Source: an uncultured Gemmatimonadaceae bacterium
Lineage (GTDB): Bacteria; Gemmatimonadota; Gemmatimonadetes; Gemmatimonadales; Gemmatimonadaceae
Assembly (NCBI GenBank): GCA_963822945.1
Contig: CAWGJO010000026.1
Location: 96,001 to 160,000 of the forward strand
Direction: 5' to 3'
Length of the DNA: 64,000 nt
Positions within the stretch are counted from its first letter, which is position 1. The number at the start of each line of letters is the position of its first letter. Made by a program: the position numbers and the translations under genes. Shown in pieces: positions 52,343 to 64,000 of the stretch. The notes beneath the pieces are model-generated. The model did no database searches and was not told the DNA's origin. It worked only from the letters and a program-made list of their open reading frames with translations.

Positions 52343-52791
52343 CCGTGGTGCCATCGGACGCGCAGGCGCGCGCCGAATCGGTGGTTCGCAGCATGCTGGA
52401 GCGCGACGCGTTCAGCCGGTGGCTGGGTATCGAAGTGCTTGCCGTGTCGCCCGGCCGGTGCACGGTGCGGATGACCGTGCGGACCGAGATGGTCAACGGC
52501 TTCGGGGTGGCGCACGGCGGCGTCACCTACGCGTTGGCCGACAGCGCGCTCGCGTTCGCGTCCAACACCAACGGCCGCGTCACCGTGAGCATCGAGAACA
52601 ACATCGGGTATCCCGTGGCGGTGCATCCGGGAAACGTGCTCACCGCCGAAGCGGTGGAGGTGAGCGCGGCCAACCGTGTGGCCTTCTATCATGTGAACGT
52701 GCGCAACGAGGCCGACGTCGTCGTCGCCCTGTTCCGGGGCACCGTCTACCGCACGTCGCAGCATCACGAATCACCCCCGCAATCCCCATGA
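52339..52791 (+). CDS. paaI: Phenylacetyl-CoA thioesterase (hotdog fold)
   Basis: DAFSRWLG, MVNGFGVAHGG, LADSALAFASN, LFRGTVYR. Confidence 0.92.
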   Translation: MTVVPSDAQARAESVVRSMLERDAFSRWLGIEVLAVSPGRCTVRMTVRTEMVNGFGVAHGGVTYALADSALAFASNTNGRVTVSIENNIGYPVAVHPGNVLTAEAVEVSAANRVAFYHVNVRNEADVVVALFRGTVYRTSQHHESPPQSP

Positions 52792-53999
52792 CCGACGCTT
52801 ATCTGATCGACGGCATCCGTACTCCCGTCGGCAACATTGGCGGCGCGCTGAGCGACGTCCGGGCCGATGACCTGGCGGCGCACGTGTTGTCTACCGTGCT
52901 CGCCCGCAACCCGTCGGTCGATCCCGCGCGGATCACCGACGTGATCATGGGATGCGCCAACCAGGCTGGCGACGACAACCGGAACGTGGCGCGCATGGCG
53001 CTGCTGCTGGCGGGACTTCCGGTGACGGTGCCCGGCGAGACCGTCAACCGGCTGTGCGCGTCGGGGCTGAGCGCGGTGGCGCACGCCTCACGGGGCGTGA
53101 AGCTGGGCGAGGGCGACCTCTACCTCGCCGGCGGCGTGGAGAGCATGACCCGCGCCCCCTATGTGCTGTCGAAGGGCGGCAAGCCCTACGCGCGCGACAT
53201 GCAACTGTTCGACACGAGCTTGGGCTGGCGCTTCGTCAATCCGAGGATGAAGGCGGCCTACGGCACCGACTCCATGGGCGAGACGGCGGAGAACGTGGCC
53301 GAGCAGTTCAAGGTGTCGCGCGACGATCAGGACGCGTTTGCCGTGCGTTCGCAGCAGAAGGCCGCGGCGGCTCGGGAGTCGGGACGGCTGGCCAGCGAGA
53401 TCGCGCCGGTGGAGATCCCGCAGCGCAAGGCGGAGCCGATTCGCGTGGAGCACGATGAGTTCATCCGCCCCGGCACGACGTCCGCGATTCTCGCCAAGCT
53501 GCGCACCGCCTTCCGCACCGACGGCAAGGGTACGGTGACGGCGGGCAATTCCTCGGGGCTCAACGACGGCGGCGCGGCGCTGCTCGTGGCGTCGGAGCGG
53601 GGGGCCGCCGAGTTCGGGCTCGCCCCGAAGGCGCGTGTGGTCTCGGTGGCCGCGGCCGGCGTCGAGCCGAGGATCATGGGCATGGGCCCCGTGCCGTCCA
53701 CGCGCCGGGCGCTGGAGCTCGCGGGCCTCACGCTCGACCAGATGGACGTCATCGAGTTGAACGAGGCCTTCGCCGCCCAGTCGCTGGCCTGCCTGCGCGA
53801 ATTCGGCATCGCCGACGACGATCCTCGGGTGAATCCCAACGGCGGCGCCATCGCGCTCGGTCACCCGCTCGGAATGTCCGGCGCGCGGCTCATACTCACG
53901 GCGATGCGGGAGTTGGAGTCGACCAGGCAGCGCTATGCGCTGTGCACCATGTGCATCGGCGTGGGGCAGGGGATGGCCATGGTCCTGGAGCGCGTATGA
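52788..53999 (+). CDS. paaJ: 3-oxoadipyl-CoA / 3-oxo-5,6-dehydrosuberyl-CoA thiolase
   Basis: GCANQAGDDNRNVARM, NRLCASG, TAGNSSGLNDG, ELNEAFA, GAIALGHPLG, CTMCIGVGQG. Confidence 0.93.
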   Translation: MTDAYLIDGIRTPVGNIGGALSDVRADDLAAHVLSTVLARNPSVDPARITDVIMGCANQAGDDNRNVARMALLLAGLPVTVPGETVNRLCASGLSAVAHASRGVKLGEGDLYLAGGVESMTRAPYVLSKGGKPYARDMQLFDTSLGWRFVNPRMKAAYGTDSMGETAENVAEQFKVSRDDQDAFAVRSQQKAAAARESGRLASEIAPVEIPQRKAEPIRVEHDEFIRPGTTSAILAKLRTAFRTDGKGTVTAGNSSGLNDGGAALLVASERGAAEFGLAPKARVVSVAAAGVEPRIMGMGPVPSTRRALELAGLTLDQMDVIELNEAFAAQSLACLREFGIADDDPRVNPNGGAIALGHPLGMSGARLILTAMRELESTRQRYALCTMCIGVGQGMAMVLERV

Positions 54000-54591
54000 T
54001 CTACGAGTTCGAGGGATTCGTTCCGGTCATCGACGCGTCGGCCTTCATCCATCCGCAGGCGGCGGTTACGGGCAACGTCGTGATCGGCCGCGACGTGTAT
54101 GTGGGGCCGGGGGCCGCCCTTCGCGGCGACTGGGGAGCCGTGATCGTCGGCGACGGATGCAACGTGCAGGAGAGCTGCACCATCCACGCGTTCCCGGGCG
54201 CAACGGCGGTGCTCGAAGATGCGGCGCACATGGGCCACGGATCGGTGCTGCACGGCGGGCGGTTGGGCGAGAACGTGCTCGTGGGGATGAACGCCGTGAT
54301 CATGGACAACGCCGACGTCGGGGCCGGGTGCATCATCGGCGCGCTGACCCTGGTGCCAGCCGGCATGCAGATCCCGCCGCGAAAGGTGGTCGTCGGCAGC
54401 CCGGCGAAGATCGTGAAGGACGTGACCGACGAGATGCTCGCCTGGAAGAGCGAGGGCACGCGCGTCTATCAGGGACTGCCGGCCCGCATGCGCGCCGGAT
54501 GGAACGCCTGCGAACCGCTCCGCGAAGTCCCCGCCGACCGACGCCAACAGCAGCAGTCGTACCGCACCTGGAAGGAGACGAGGAATCGCGC

Positions 54592-54595
<4 letters not shown>
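53996..54595 (+). CDS. paaY: Hexapeptide-repeat (gamma-carbonic anhydrase-like) protein PaaY
   Basis: FIHPQA, LRGDWG, NVQESCTIH, HMGHGSVLHG, VGMNAVIMD, WKSEGTRVYQ. Confidence 0.9.
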
Positions 54596-56635
<2,040 letters not shown>

Positions 56636-57050
56636 TGCGTCGGTGGGCGATCGGAAGATCCCGTGCCATACTCGAACTGAGATGGTGACGGTAAAGAAGA
56701 CGCTAAGACGATTGCGGTAAGAATGACCTGCGTCGCCACCGATAACCTGTCAAGAAAATGTTCGGTGGCGTTTGCATCGACATTTGCCTCGCGGTCGTCA
56801 TCGGCGTCGGGTGCCTTTCTTTGTGCGCTCTTGATGGGTGGAACATCCCAACTCGTTGTATCGTGTGCGGGCTGTGACCGCCGTCAGGACGCGAAGCCGC
56901 GAGAGCGCAATGAGTTATGGCGTATGAAATTGCGCCGTGATCGCTCTGCGGTCTGGACGCCTTCCCGTCCGTCACGATGCAGACTTTAGCGCGAGAGCAT
57001 CGCCAGATTGTGACCGGCGCAGATATGTAAAGGGTTAAACCAAACGAGTA

Positions 57051-57066
57051 CCCGGCAATTGCCGGG
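57051..57066. promoter_or_regulatory. Perfect 16-bp palindrome upstream of susC (candidate operator or hairpin)
   Basis: CCCGGCAATTGCCGGG, in a lower-GC ~750-bp intergenic region. Confidence 0.35.
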
Positions 57067-57382
57067 AACGCAGTCGGTCATCTTAGCCGATTGAGCGACT
57101 CAGACAGTTCGTGGATGGGACGTCCGTGTGGGAATTCTGAATGACTCCCCCAAGTCACTTCGGACCGGGCTCCTCCAGCGGCGCGTTGGCATCGATGTGG
57201 GTGGCGCGCCCGAAGGCAGCTTCATTTGGCCCACGTTGCCGCCGTGCGGGATGCGCCCGCCGGCCTTGTGTGCATGTGGCCGCAGGGGATTCCAGTCGTT
57301 GCAGTTCGTCCACCGACTTCGTGTCCGTCGTGTCTCGTATCGGCGCGGGGTCTTGGAACTTCACTCGAGGGAACGACACGTT

Positions 57383-60300
57383 ATGACCAGCAACCTCAAG
57401 CGTTTGCTCGCTGGTGCCGCCGTGATGCTGGGACTGTTGCCAGCGATGGCCGCGGCGCAGCAGGGAACGACGATCCGTGGGCGGGTCGTCAACGAAGCGG
57501 GCGCCCCAATTCAGGCCGCGAACGTCAGCATCGCGTCCATGGGCGTCGGCGCGTACACCCAGGCCGACGGCAGCTTTTCGTTGACCATCCCGGCCCGGTA
57601 CAATGGCCAGACCGCGAACCTCGTCGCCCGCCGCATCGGATTCACCCAGCAGACGAAGCCGGTGACGATCTCGGGTTCGACCGTCACGCAGGATTTCGTG
57701 CTGACGGCCGTGCCGACGGTACTCACCGGTGTCGTGACCACGGCGCTCGGTGCCCAGGTGGAGAAGAGCACGCTGGGGACGGCGCAGCAACAGTTGTCCA
57801 CGAAGGATCTCACGATCACGCCGAGCGACAACGTCGTGACGGCGATCCAGGGCAAGGTGTCCGGCGTGGAGATCACCAGTTCCGGCACGCAGGGCGGCTC
57901 GACGCGCATCGTCATCCGCGGTGCCAACTCGATCAGCGGGAACAACGAGCCCCTGTTCGTCGTGGACGGCGTTCTGGTTTCGAATCGCGATCGCGGCGCG
58001 GGTCCAATGGGTGGCTGGGACTTCGGCAGCGCGATCAGCGATCTGAATCCCGATGACATCGCGACGATGTCGGTGCTCAAGGGCCCGAACGCGGCGGCGC
58101 TGTACGGGTCGCAGGCGGCGAACGGCGTCATCATCATCACGACCAAGAGCGGCCATGTGGCGGGCGGCGGCATCCACACGGAAGCCAACACCTTCTATAC
58201 GTGGGACAACCCGTCCATCCTCCCCGACTACCAGAACCAGTACGGGCAGGGCGCGGGTGGCGCGTTCAAGTACGTGGACGGCGCCGGCGGCGGCGTGAAC
58301 GACGGCGCCGACCAGAGCTGGGGACCGCGGCTCAACACGGGCGCCAATATCACGCAGTTCACGTGCCCCACCACGGCCTGCCCGTGGGTGTCGCACCCCA
58401 ACAACGTGAAGAGCTTCTTCCCCACCGGCCACAACATGACGGCGAATTTCGCTGTCACCGGTGGCACGCAGAATGCCAATGCCCGCCTGTCGGTCGGAAC
58501 GGATCAGACGCAGGGCATCATTCCCGGCAACTACCTGCAGAAGAACACGGCCATGCTCTCCGGCCGGCTGCAGGTGAACCCGAAGTTCTCCACCAACGCG
58601 TCGTTGCAGTACGTGCGCGACCAGGGGCAGAACCGCCCCGGCCAGGGCTACTCGAACAGCATCCTCGAGAGCTTCGTCTGGTTCGGCCGCCAGGTGGACA
58701 TGACGGCGCTCAAGAACAACTGGCAGAAGAGTGGCTCGCTCAACAACGGGCCGGCCAATCGCGAGTACAACTGGAACTACAACTACCACAACAACCCGTA
58801 CTTCCTCATGTACGGGAATCCCGAATCCGACATCCGCGACCGGCTCATCGGGTCGGTGTCGGCGACGTACAAGTTCAAGGACTGGCTGAGCCTCACGGGC
58901 CGGGCCGGCGGCGATGTGTACAACATGAACATCTCGCAGGACTACTCGGTGGCCGACATCACCGGCGTCAACATGGACTACTCGACGCAGGGCGCCTTCG
59001 GCCGGACGAACGACTACGTCAACAACCGGAACTCCGACCTGATCCTGAACGCCAACCATGACATTGGCTCCCACATCACCTTCAACGGGATGGTCGGCGG
59101 CACGATCCGGCAGCAGCACCTGAACACCAGCAACATTTATGTCCGGGGCATCACCGCGGCGGGCATCTACAACGTGTCGAACGCGGCCATCGCGCCCACG
59201 CTCGGGCAGTACGTGGAGAACAGCCAGGTGAACAGCAGCTACGGTTCCGCGGCGTTCACATGGGATGGCTGGTGGACGGTGGAAGGGACGGCCCGCCAGG
59301 ACTGGTCGTCGACGCTGCCCAAGGGCAACAATTCCTACTTCTACCCGTCGGGGAACACCTCCGTGGTGCTCACCGACGCGTTCCCGAGCCTCAAGACCGA
59401 CTGGCTGAGCTACCTCAAGGTGCGCGGCTCGATCGCCCAGGTCGGGAACGACGCCTCGCCCTACCAGTTGGCGTCGGTCTACAACGGCAGTTCCAACAAG
59501 TACTCCGGGCAGCCGCTGTACAGCCTCAGCCAGTCGCTGGCGAACTCGGATCTGAAGCCGGAGATCACGAAATCGGGTGAGATCGGCGTCGAGGCCAGCT
59601 TCTTCAGCGGCCGCGCCAACCTGGATGCGACGTGGTACCAGAAGGCAACGCGCAACCAGATCTTCAACGTGACGGTGTCCACGGCCTCGGGCTTCAGCCG
59701 AAAGGCTATCAACGCCGGGCGCATCTTCAACCACGGTATCGAAGCCCTGCTCACGGTGATCCCGGTGCAGATGTCGAACGGCTTCCAGTGGACCACCACG
59801 TTCAACTTCTCCCGCAACCGGAGCATGGTGGATCAGCTCTACCCGGGCGTGACCGCGATCAACCTCAGCGGCAACGACTGGTACACGTACGTCCAGGCCC
59901 GCAAGGGACAGCCGTACGGCACCCTGTACGGAAACGGCTTCGCGCGCGACAGCGCCACGGGGCAGTTGCTCCTTAGCGGTGGCCTGACCATGAATGGCGG
60001 GCAGAAGGTGCTGGGCAACGTCCAGCCGGATTGGGTGGGTGGCTGGAACAACGCCATCAGCTACAAGAACTGGACGTTCAGCGCCCTCGTCGACGCGCAC
60101 GTGGGCGGCGACATCTTCAGCATCACGAACTGGTTCGGGGAATACGCGGGTGTGCTCAAGAGCACGCTGAATGGGCGTCAGGCCGACTGGAACAACCCGG
60201 GACTCGTCATCAAGGGCATCGACGCAAGCACCGGCCAGCCGAACACCACGAACGTCACCGCCGAAGAGTACTACCAGAACATCTTCCCGGTGAACGAGCC

Positions 60301-60553
60301 GAACGTCTACAAGGACACCTACTTCAAGATCCGCGAACTGCGCATCGGCTACGACCTGCCGACGCGGTGGGCGGCCAAGTTCAACGCGACAGCCGTGAAC
60401 GTCGCGGTCATCGGCTCGAATCTGCACACCTGGACCAACGTGCCGAACATCGACCCGGAGTTCGCCTACACCACCGGGAACGCCCAGGGTATCGAATACG
60501 GAAGCATCCCGAGTCCGCGGTCCTGGGGCATCAGCATCCGTGTCACCCCATAA
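57383..60553 (+). CDS. susC: SusC/RagA-family TonB-dependent transporter
   Basis: Signal peptide, N-terminal carboxypeptidase-regulatory-like domain, plug motifs IRGANSI, PLFVVDG, DLNPDDI, VLKGPNAAALYGSQAANGVIIITTK, then a beta-barrel (LKPE, DATWYQK). Confidence 0.95.
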   Translation: MTSNLKRLLAGAAVMLGLLPAMAAAQQGTTIRGRVVNEAGAPIQAANVSIASMGVGAYTQADGSFSLTIPARYNGQTANLVARRIGFTQQTKPVTISGSTVTQDFVLTAVPTVLTGVVTTALGAQVEKSTLGTAQQQLSTKDLTITPSDNVVTAIQGKVSGVEITSSGTQGGSTRIVIRGANSISGNNEPLFVVDGVLVSNRDRGAGPMGGWDFGSAISDLNPDDIATMSVLKGPNAAALYGSQAANGVIIITTKSGHVAGGGIHTEANTFYTWDNPSILPDYQNQYGQGAGGAFKYVDGAGGGVNDGADQSWGPRLNTGANITQFTCPTTACPWVSHPNNVKSFFPTGHNMTANFAVTGGTQNANARLSVGTDQTQGIIPGNYLQKNTAMLSGRLQVNPKFSTNASLQYVRDQGQNRPGQGYSNSILESFVWFGRQVDMTALKNNWQKSGSLNNGPANREYNWNYNYHNNPYFLMYGNPESDIRDRLIGSVSATYKFKDWLSLTGRAGGDVYNMNISQDYSVADITGVNMDYSTQGAFGRTNDYVNNRNSDLILNANHDIGSHITFNGMVGGTIRQQHLNTSNIYVRGITAAGIYNVSNAAIAPTLGQYVENSQVNSSYGSAAFTWDGWWTVEGTARQDWSSTLPKGNNSYFYPSGNTSVVLTDAFPSLKTDWLSYLKVRGSIAQVGNDASPYQLASVYNGSSNKYSGQPLYSLSQSLANSDLKPEITKSGEIGVEASFFSGRANLDATWYQKATRNQIFNVTVSTASGFSRKAINAGRIFNHGIEALLTVIPVQMSNGFQWTTTFNFSRNRSMVDQLYPGVTAINLSGNDWYTYVQARKGQPYGTLYGNGFARDSATGQLLLSGGLTMNGGQKVLGNVQPDWVGGWNNAISYKNWTFSALVDAHVGGDIFSITNWFGEYAGVLKSTLNGRQADWNNPGLVIKGIDASTGQPNTTNVTAEEYYQNIFPVNEPNVYKDTYFKIRELRIGYDLPTRWAAKFNATAVNVAVIGSNLHTWTNVPNIDPEFAYTTGNAQGIEYGSIPSPRSWGISIRVTP

Positions 60554-60581
60554 CGCGACCGAACCGGAGACCTAATACATC

Positions 60582-62165
60582 ATGACGACACGAAAGACAT
60601 TGATGGCCGTGGGTGCCGGGATTGCCCTCTTGGGGGCGGCCGCGTGCAACAACAGCACCCTCACGGACCTGAACAACAATCCGAACAGCCCGACGGACGC
60701 CCCGGCGGGCCCCGTGTTCACCCAGGCCGCCATCAACACGGCGGCCCGCTGGGTGGGCAACGGCTACGACCTGCGGGGCACCGAATGGGTGACCCAGCAT
60801 CTGGCCGAGGTGCAGTACCCCGACGAGGATGACTACAAGCGCCTCCAGGGGAGCCAGACCGCGGGGTGGTTCGACAACCCGTACGACAACGAACTCGAGA
60901 ACCTGCAGAAGGTGATCGACAAGGGGAAGGCGAACAGCGATCCGGGCACGTACGCGCCGGCGATGATTCTCCAGGTCTACGGGTTCAGCTTCCTGACCAA
61001 CAGCTTCGGGGACGTCCCGTTCTCGCAGGCGCTGCAGGGCGACCAGAGCGGCGGGACGCTCACCCCGGCGTACGATCCGCAGCAGGACATCTACACCGCC
61101 ATGTTCCAGGAGCTCGACGACGCCTCCAAGGCGCTGTCCACGGCGTCCAACTCGCTGGGCGCGGCCGATCCCATCTATGGTGGCGACCCGGGCATGTGGC
61201 AGAAGTTCGCCAACTCCCTGCGCGCGCGGCTGGCGATGCAGGTGGTGAACAAGGACGCGGCGCTTGCCAGCACGCAGCTTACGGCGGCCTTCACGGCGCC
61301 CGGCGGGGTGTTCACGTCAAACGCCGACGCGGCCAAGATGGCGTGGCCGGGCGACGGCGTATTCAACAACCCGTGGTCGGGCAACTTCGCAGGTCGCGAC
61401 GATCACCGGATGTCGCAGACCCTCATGAACATCATGCTGGCGAACAACGACCCGCGCGTGCCGATCTACGCCCAGCCCACGGTCCGGGACACCGTCGCGC
61501 TCGACACGCTGGTCTACCCGAACGTGCGCCGCAACTACGCCGGTATGCCCAACGGGCTCACGCAGTCGACGGCGTCGGTGTACTTCAACGACACGTCCCG
61601 GCCCGGCGTGATCTTCTATCCCGGGGCAACGACCTACGGCACCTTCGGCGACGGCAGCGGCAAGAGCACGCCGTCCTACCTCATGACCTACGCCGAGGTG
61701 GCGTTCATCGAGGCCGAAGCCGCCAACCGCTCGCTGGGCGGCCTCACCCCGGCCCAGGCGGCCGGGTTCTACGACAACGGCGTCACCGGCTCGATGGAGC
61801 AGTGGGGCGTGGCGCCGGCGGATGCCGCGACGTATCTCGCGCAGCCGGTGGTTGCCTACGCCGGCGGGGCCAACGGCCTCGTGCAGATCGATCAGGAAGA
61901 GTGGATCGCGCTGTACGCCGACGGCGGGCAGGCCTGGGCGCTCTGGCGGCGCACCTGCGTGCCCAACACGGTCAAGCCGGGCCCGTACGCTATCATCAAC
62001 ACCGTTCCGCGCCGCTTCGAGTACTCGACGAACGACCTGGCGGTGAACGCGGATCAGGTCAATGCCGCGATCACTCGGCAGGGGCCGGACCAGTTCCAGA
62101 CCAACATGTGGTGGGACGTGCCCACCGCGGCGCCGACCTATACCACCGGGTGCGGCCAGCGGTAA
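60582..62165 (+). CDS. susD: SusD/RagB-family surface lipoprotein
   Basis: Lipobox AAAC, NNNPNSP, FGDVPFSQAL, PAYDPQQDIY, WQKFANSLRAR, DPRVP, YAEVAFIEAEA, WWD. Confidence 0.93.
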   Translation: MTTRKTLMAVGAGIALLGAAACNNSTLTDLNNNPNSPTDAPAGPVFTQAAINTAARWVGNGYDLRGTEWVTQHLAEVQYPDEDDYKRLQGSQTAGWFDNPYDNELENLQKVIDKGKANSDPGTYAPAMILQVYGFSFLTNSFGDVPFSQALQGDQSGGTLTPAYDPQQDIYTAMFQELDDASKALSTASNSLGAADPIYGGDPGMWQKFANSLRARLAMQVVNKDAALASTQLTAAFTAPGGVFTSNADAAKMAWPGDGVFNNPWSGNFAGRDDHRMSQTLMNIMLANNDPRVPIYAQPTVRDTVALDTLVYPNVRRNYAGMPNGLTQSTASVYFNDTSRPGVIFYPGATTYGTFGDGSGKSTPSYLMTYAEVAFIEAEAANRSLGGLTPAQAAGFYDNGVTGSMEQWGVAPADAATYLAQPVVAYAGGANGLVQIDQEEWIALYADGGQAWALWRRTCVPNTVKPGPYAIINTVPRRFEYSTNDLAVNADQVNAAITRQGPDQFQTNMWWDVPTAAPTYTTGCGQR

Positions 62166-62188
62166 GGCTTCAACCGTACGACTGAACG

Positions 62189-62225
62189 CGAGAGCCCTCC
62201 GAGCAATCGGGGGGCTTCTCGTTTT
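62189..62225 (+). terminator. Rho-independent terminator after susD
   Basis: Stem CGAGAGCCCTCCGA-gcaa-TCGGGGGGCTTCTCG followed by TTTT. Confidence 0.75.
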
Positions 62226-62387
62226 CGGCTCCCGGCCACATCTCCTGGTTCCCGCTCAGGGCGCCGCCGGCCGCCGTCACAAAGATGTGACAAGCCAGAC
62301 GTTTCACGAGTTAAGGAATTGTAGCTGCCGCCGCCCCGGCCCCGGGGACGGCGGTTCGCTTGCTTTTCCCCACCTTCTGGAGGCGAC

Positions 62388-64000
62388 GTGACGAGACTCC
62401 GCTCCCTGCTGGCGATCGCCGCGCTCATGATGCTCTCCGCCCAGGCCGCCTGGGCGCAGCAGCGTCGAGTAACCGGCCATGTGGTTGGCCCGGCCGGCGA
62501 ACCGATCAGCAGTGCCCAGATCCAGGTCCAGGGCACGACCATCAGAGCTACCGCAACCGGCGACGGCGCGTATTCCATTCCACTACCGGATGGCCCGCAG
62601 ACCCTCGTGGTGCGGCGGCTGGGCTACAAGGTGACCACGGTCGCCGTGGCCGCCGGCGCGACCACCGCGGACATCAAGATGGACAAGGACGTGCTGCAAC
62701 TCGACAAGATGGTCGTCACCGGCGTGGCGACGACCGTGTCGAGTCAGAACGCGGCGAACGCGGTGGCCGTGGTGAGTGCGCAGGATCTCAACAACGCACC
62801 GGCCCAGACCATTGAGAGCGACCTCCAGGGCAAGATTCCCGGGGCTGTGATCACGACGAACTCGGGCGCCCCGGGCGGCGGCTCGCAGGTCCAGCTTCGC
62901 GGCGCGACCTCGATCAACGCCAGCTCCAGCCCCCTGTACGTGGTGGACGGCGTGCTCGTCAGCAACGACGCCATCGGCTCGGGCCTCAACTCGATCACCA
63001 ACGCGGGCGGCGGCATCACCAACCGGCAGGATCAGCCGGTGAACCGCATCGCCGACCTCGATCCCAACGAGATCGAGAGCATCGAGGTACTGAAGGGCGC
63101 GTCGGCCGGCGCCATCTACGGCTCCAAGGCCTCCAACGGCGTCATCGTCATCACCACCAAGCACGGCCAGGCCGGCGCGCCGAAGGTGAACTTCACGCAG
63201 CGGTACGGCCAGTACACCATCTCCCACAAGCTGGGCTTCCGCTGCTTCCACTCGGCGGCCGAGGCGCAGGACTGGTGGACCAATACCATGGGCGGCGGCG
63301 GCTCGCCGCCGGTGGCCTGGCAGCCGGTGTGCCACGACTTCGAGAAGGAGTTCTACGGCGGGAACCCGGGCTCGTACGAGACCGACCTGTCGGTGAACGG
63401 CGGATCGGCGAACACCACGTACTACATGGGCGGTTCGGCGAGCCGCGACAACGCGATCCAGCGCAATACCTACTATCAGAAGCAGTTGGTCACCGCCAAC
63501 ATCGGCCAGCTGATCGGCTCGCGGATCAACCTCCGCTCCAACAACCAGTTCATCCACACGCTTACCGACCGCGGCATCTCGGGCAACGACAACAACCCCG
63601 TGGTCTCGCCGGGCGACATCTTCTCGGTCACGCCCACCTGGGTGGATCTGGGCCACACCGTCAACGGCGTGTATCCCACGAATCCGTTCGAGGGTGACCT
63701 CGCCAACCCGTTCCAGACGGCGGCGCTGGTGAAGATTCCCGAAGACGTCTATCGCTACATCGGCAGCGTGAACACGAACGTCTCGGCGTACAGCTCGGAT
63801 CGCCAGACCCTGGACTTCACGCTCATCGCCGGCATCGACGCCTTCCAGTACAACACGCACCTCTATTCGCCGCCGGACGTCTACTGGGAGTCGGCCGACG
63901 GCCTGCCGGGTACCATCGTCACCAACAAGACGAACAGCACGTACGCGAACGTGAACCTGTCGGGCGCGCACAAGCTGATCACCAACCGGTTCACGGCGAC
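62388..64000 (+). CDS. susC: Second SusC/RagA-family TonB-dependent transporter; partial, runs off the right edge
   Basis: GTG 62388 with RBS GGAGG. Manual translation gives MTRLRSLLAIAALMMLSAQAAWAQQ..., NSGAPGGG, SPLYVVDG, DLDPNEIESIEVLKGASAGAIYGSKASNGVIVITTK. Confidence 0.93.
   Translation, partial: MTRLRSLLAIAALMMLSAQAAWAQQRRVTGHVVGPAGEPISSAQIQVQGTTIRATATGDGAYSIPLPDGPQTLVVRRLGYKVTTVAVAAGATTADIKMDKDVLQLDKMVVTGVATTVSSQNAANAVAVVSAQDLNNAPAQTIESDLQGKIPGAVITTNSGAPGGGSQVQLRGATSINASSSPLYVVDGVLVSNDAIGSGLNSITNAGGGITNRQDQPVNRIADLDPNEIESIEVLKGASAGAIYGSKASNGVIVITTKHGQAGAPKVNFTQRYGQYTISHKLGFRCFHSAAEAQDWWTNTMGGGGSPPVAWQPVCHDFEKEFYGGNPGSYETDLSVNGGSANTTYYMGGSASRDNAIQRNTYYQKQLVTANIGQLIGSRINLRSNNQFIHTLTDRGISGNDNNPVVSPGDIFSVTPTWVDLGHTVNGVYPTNPFEGDLANPFQTAALVKIPEDVYRYIGSVNTNVSAYSSDRQTLDFTLIAGIDAFQYNTHLYSPPDVYWESADGLPGTIVTNKTNSTYANVNLSGAHKLITNRFTA

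Noticed and set aside
56703..56989. Two small ORFs (90 aa -, 88 aa +) in the paaZ-susC spacer
   Set aside because: No RBS, atypical codon usage and no recognisable motifs.

Overview
High-GC, gene-dense bacterial window. The gene repertoire (SusC/SusD pairs, Hanks-type Ser/Thr kinases, Ig/RCC1 lipoproteins, RGG-rich secreted peptidases) suggests Gemmatimonadota; this is an inference. From left to right it holds: a partial prolyl oligopeptidase, an Ig+RCC1 lipoprotein, two PLP enzymes, a Tat-exported GH2 beta-galactosidase, an amidohydrolase-GNAT-MscS set facing a fused trehalose-6-P synthase/phosphatase, a CusCBA-type Cu(I)/Ag(I) efflux operon with a Cys/Met-rich Pro-tailed leader ORF, a PAS hybrid kinase, a Tat-exported GH-D-like protein, a GNAT-NSAR/OSBS-M20 triad, and several secreted peptidases/lipoproteins. 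A ~24-kb aromatic amino-acid catabolic region follows (acetoacetate-CoA ligase, hppD, hmgA, a divergent Leu/Phe/Val dehydrogenase, paaABCD, a fused 2-oxoacid dehydrogenase E1, paaGHIJYZ; no paaK, paaE or regulator), then susC-susD-susC. About 10 single-base frameshifts in 7 otherwise intact genes look like long-read consensus errors. The best leads are: (1) a 1.87-kb integrase-less GT-C cassette bracketed by a 76-bp duplication of the acetoacetate-CoA ligase 3' end; (2) a CutF/CruR-like candidate copper-sensing ribosome-stalling leader upstream of cusCBA; (3) a PaaK-less route Phe -> phenylpyruvate -> phenylacetyl-CoA via the embedded E1; (4) tandem kinases fused to an uncharacterised membrane-hairpin domain. 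No rRNA, tRNA, CRISPR array, transposase or integrase was seen.
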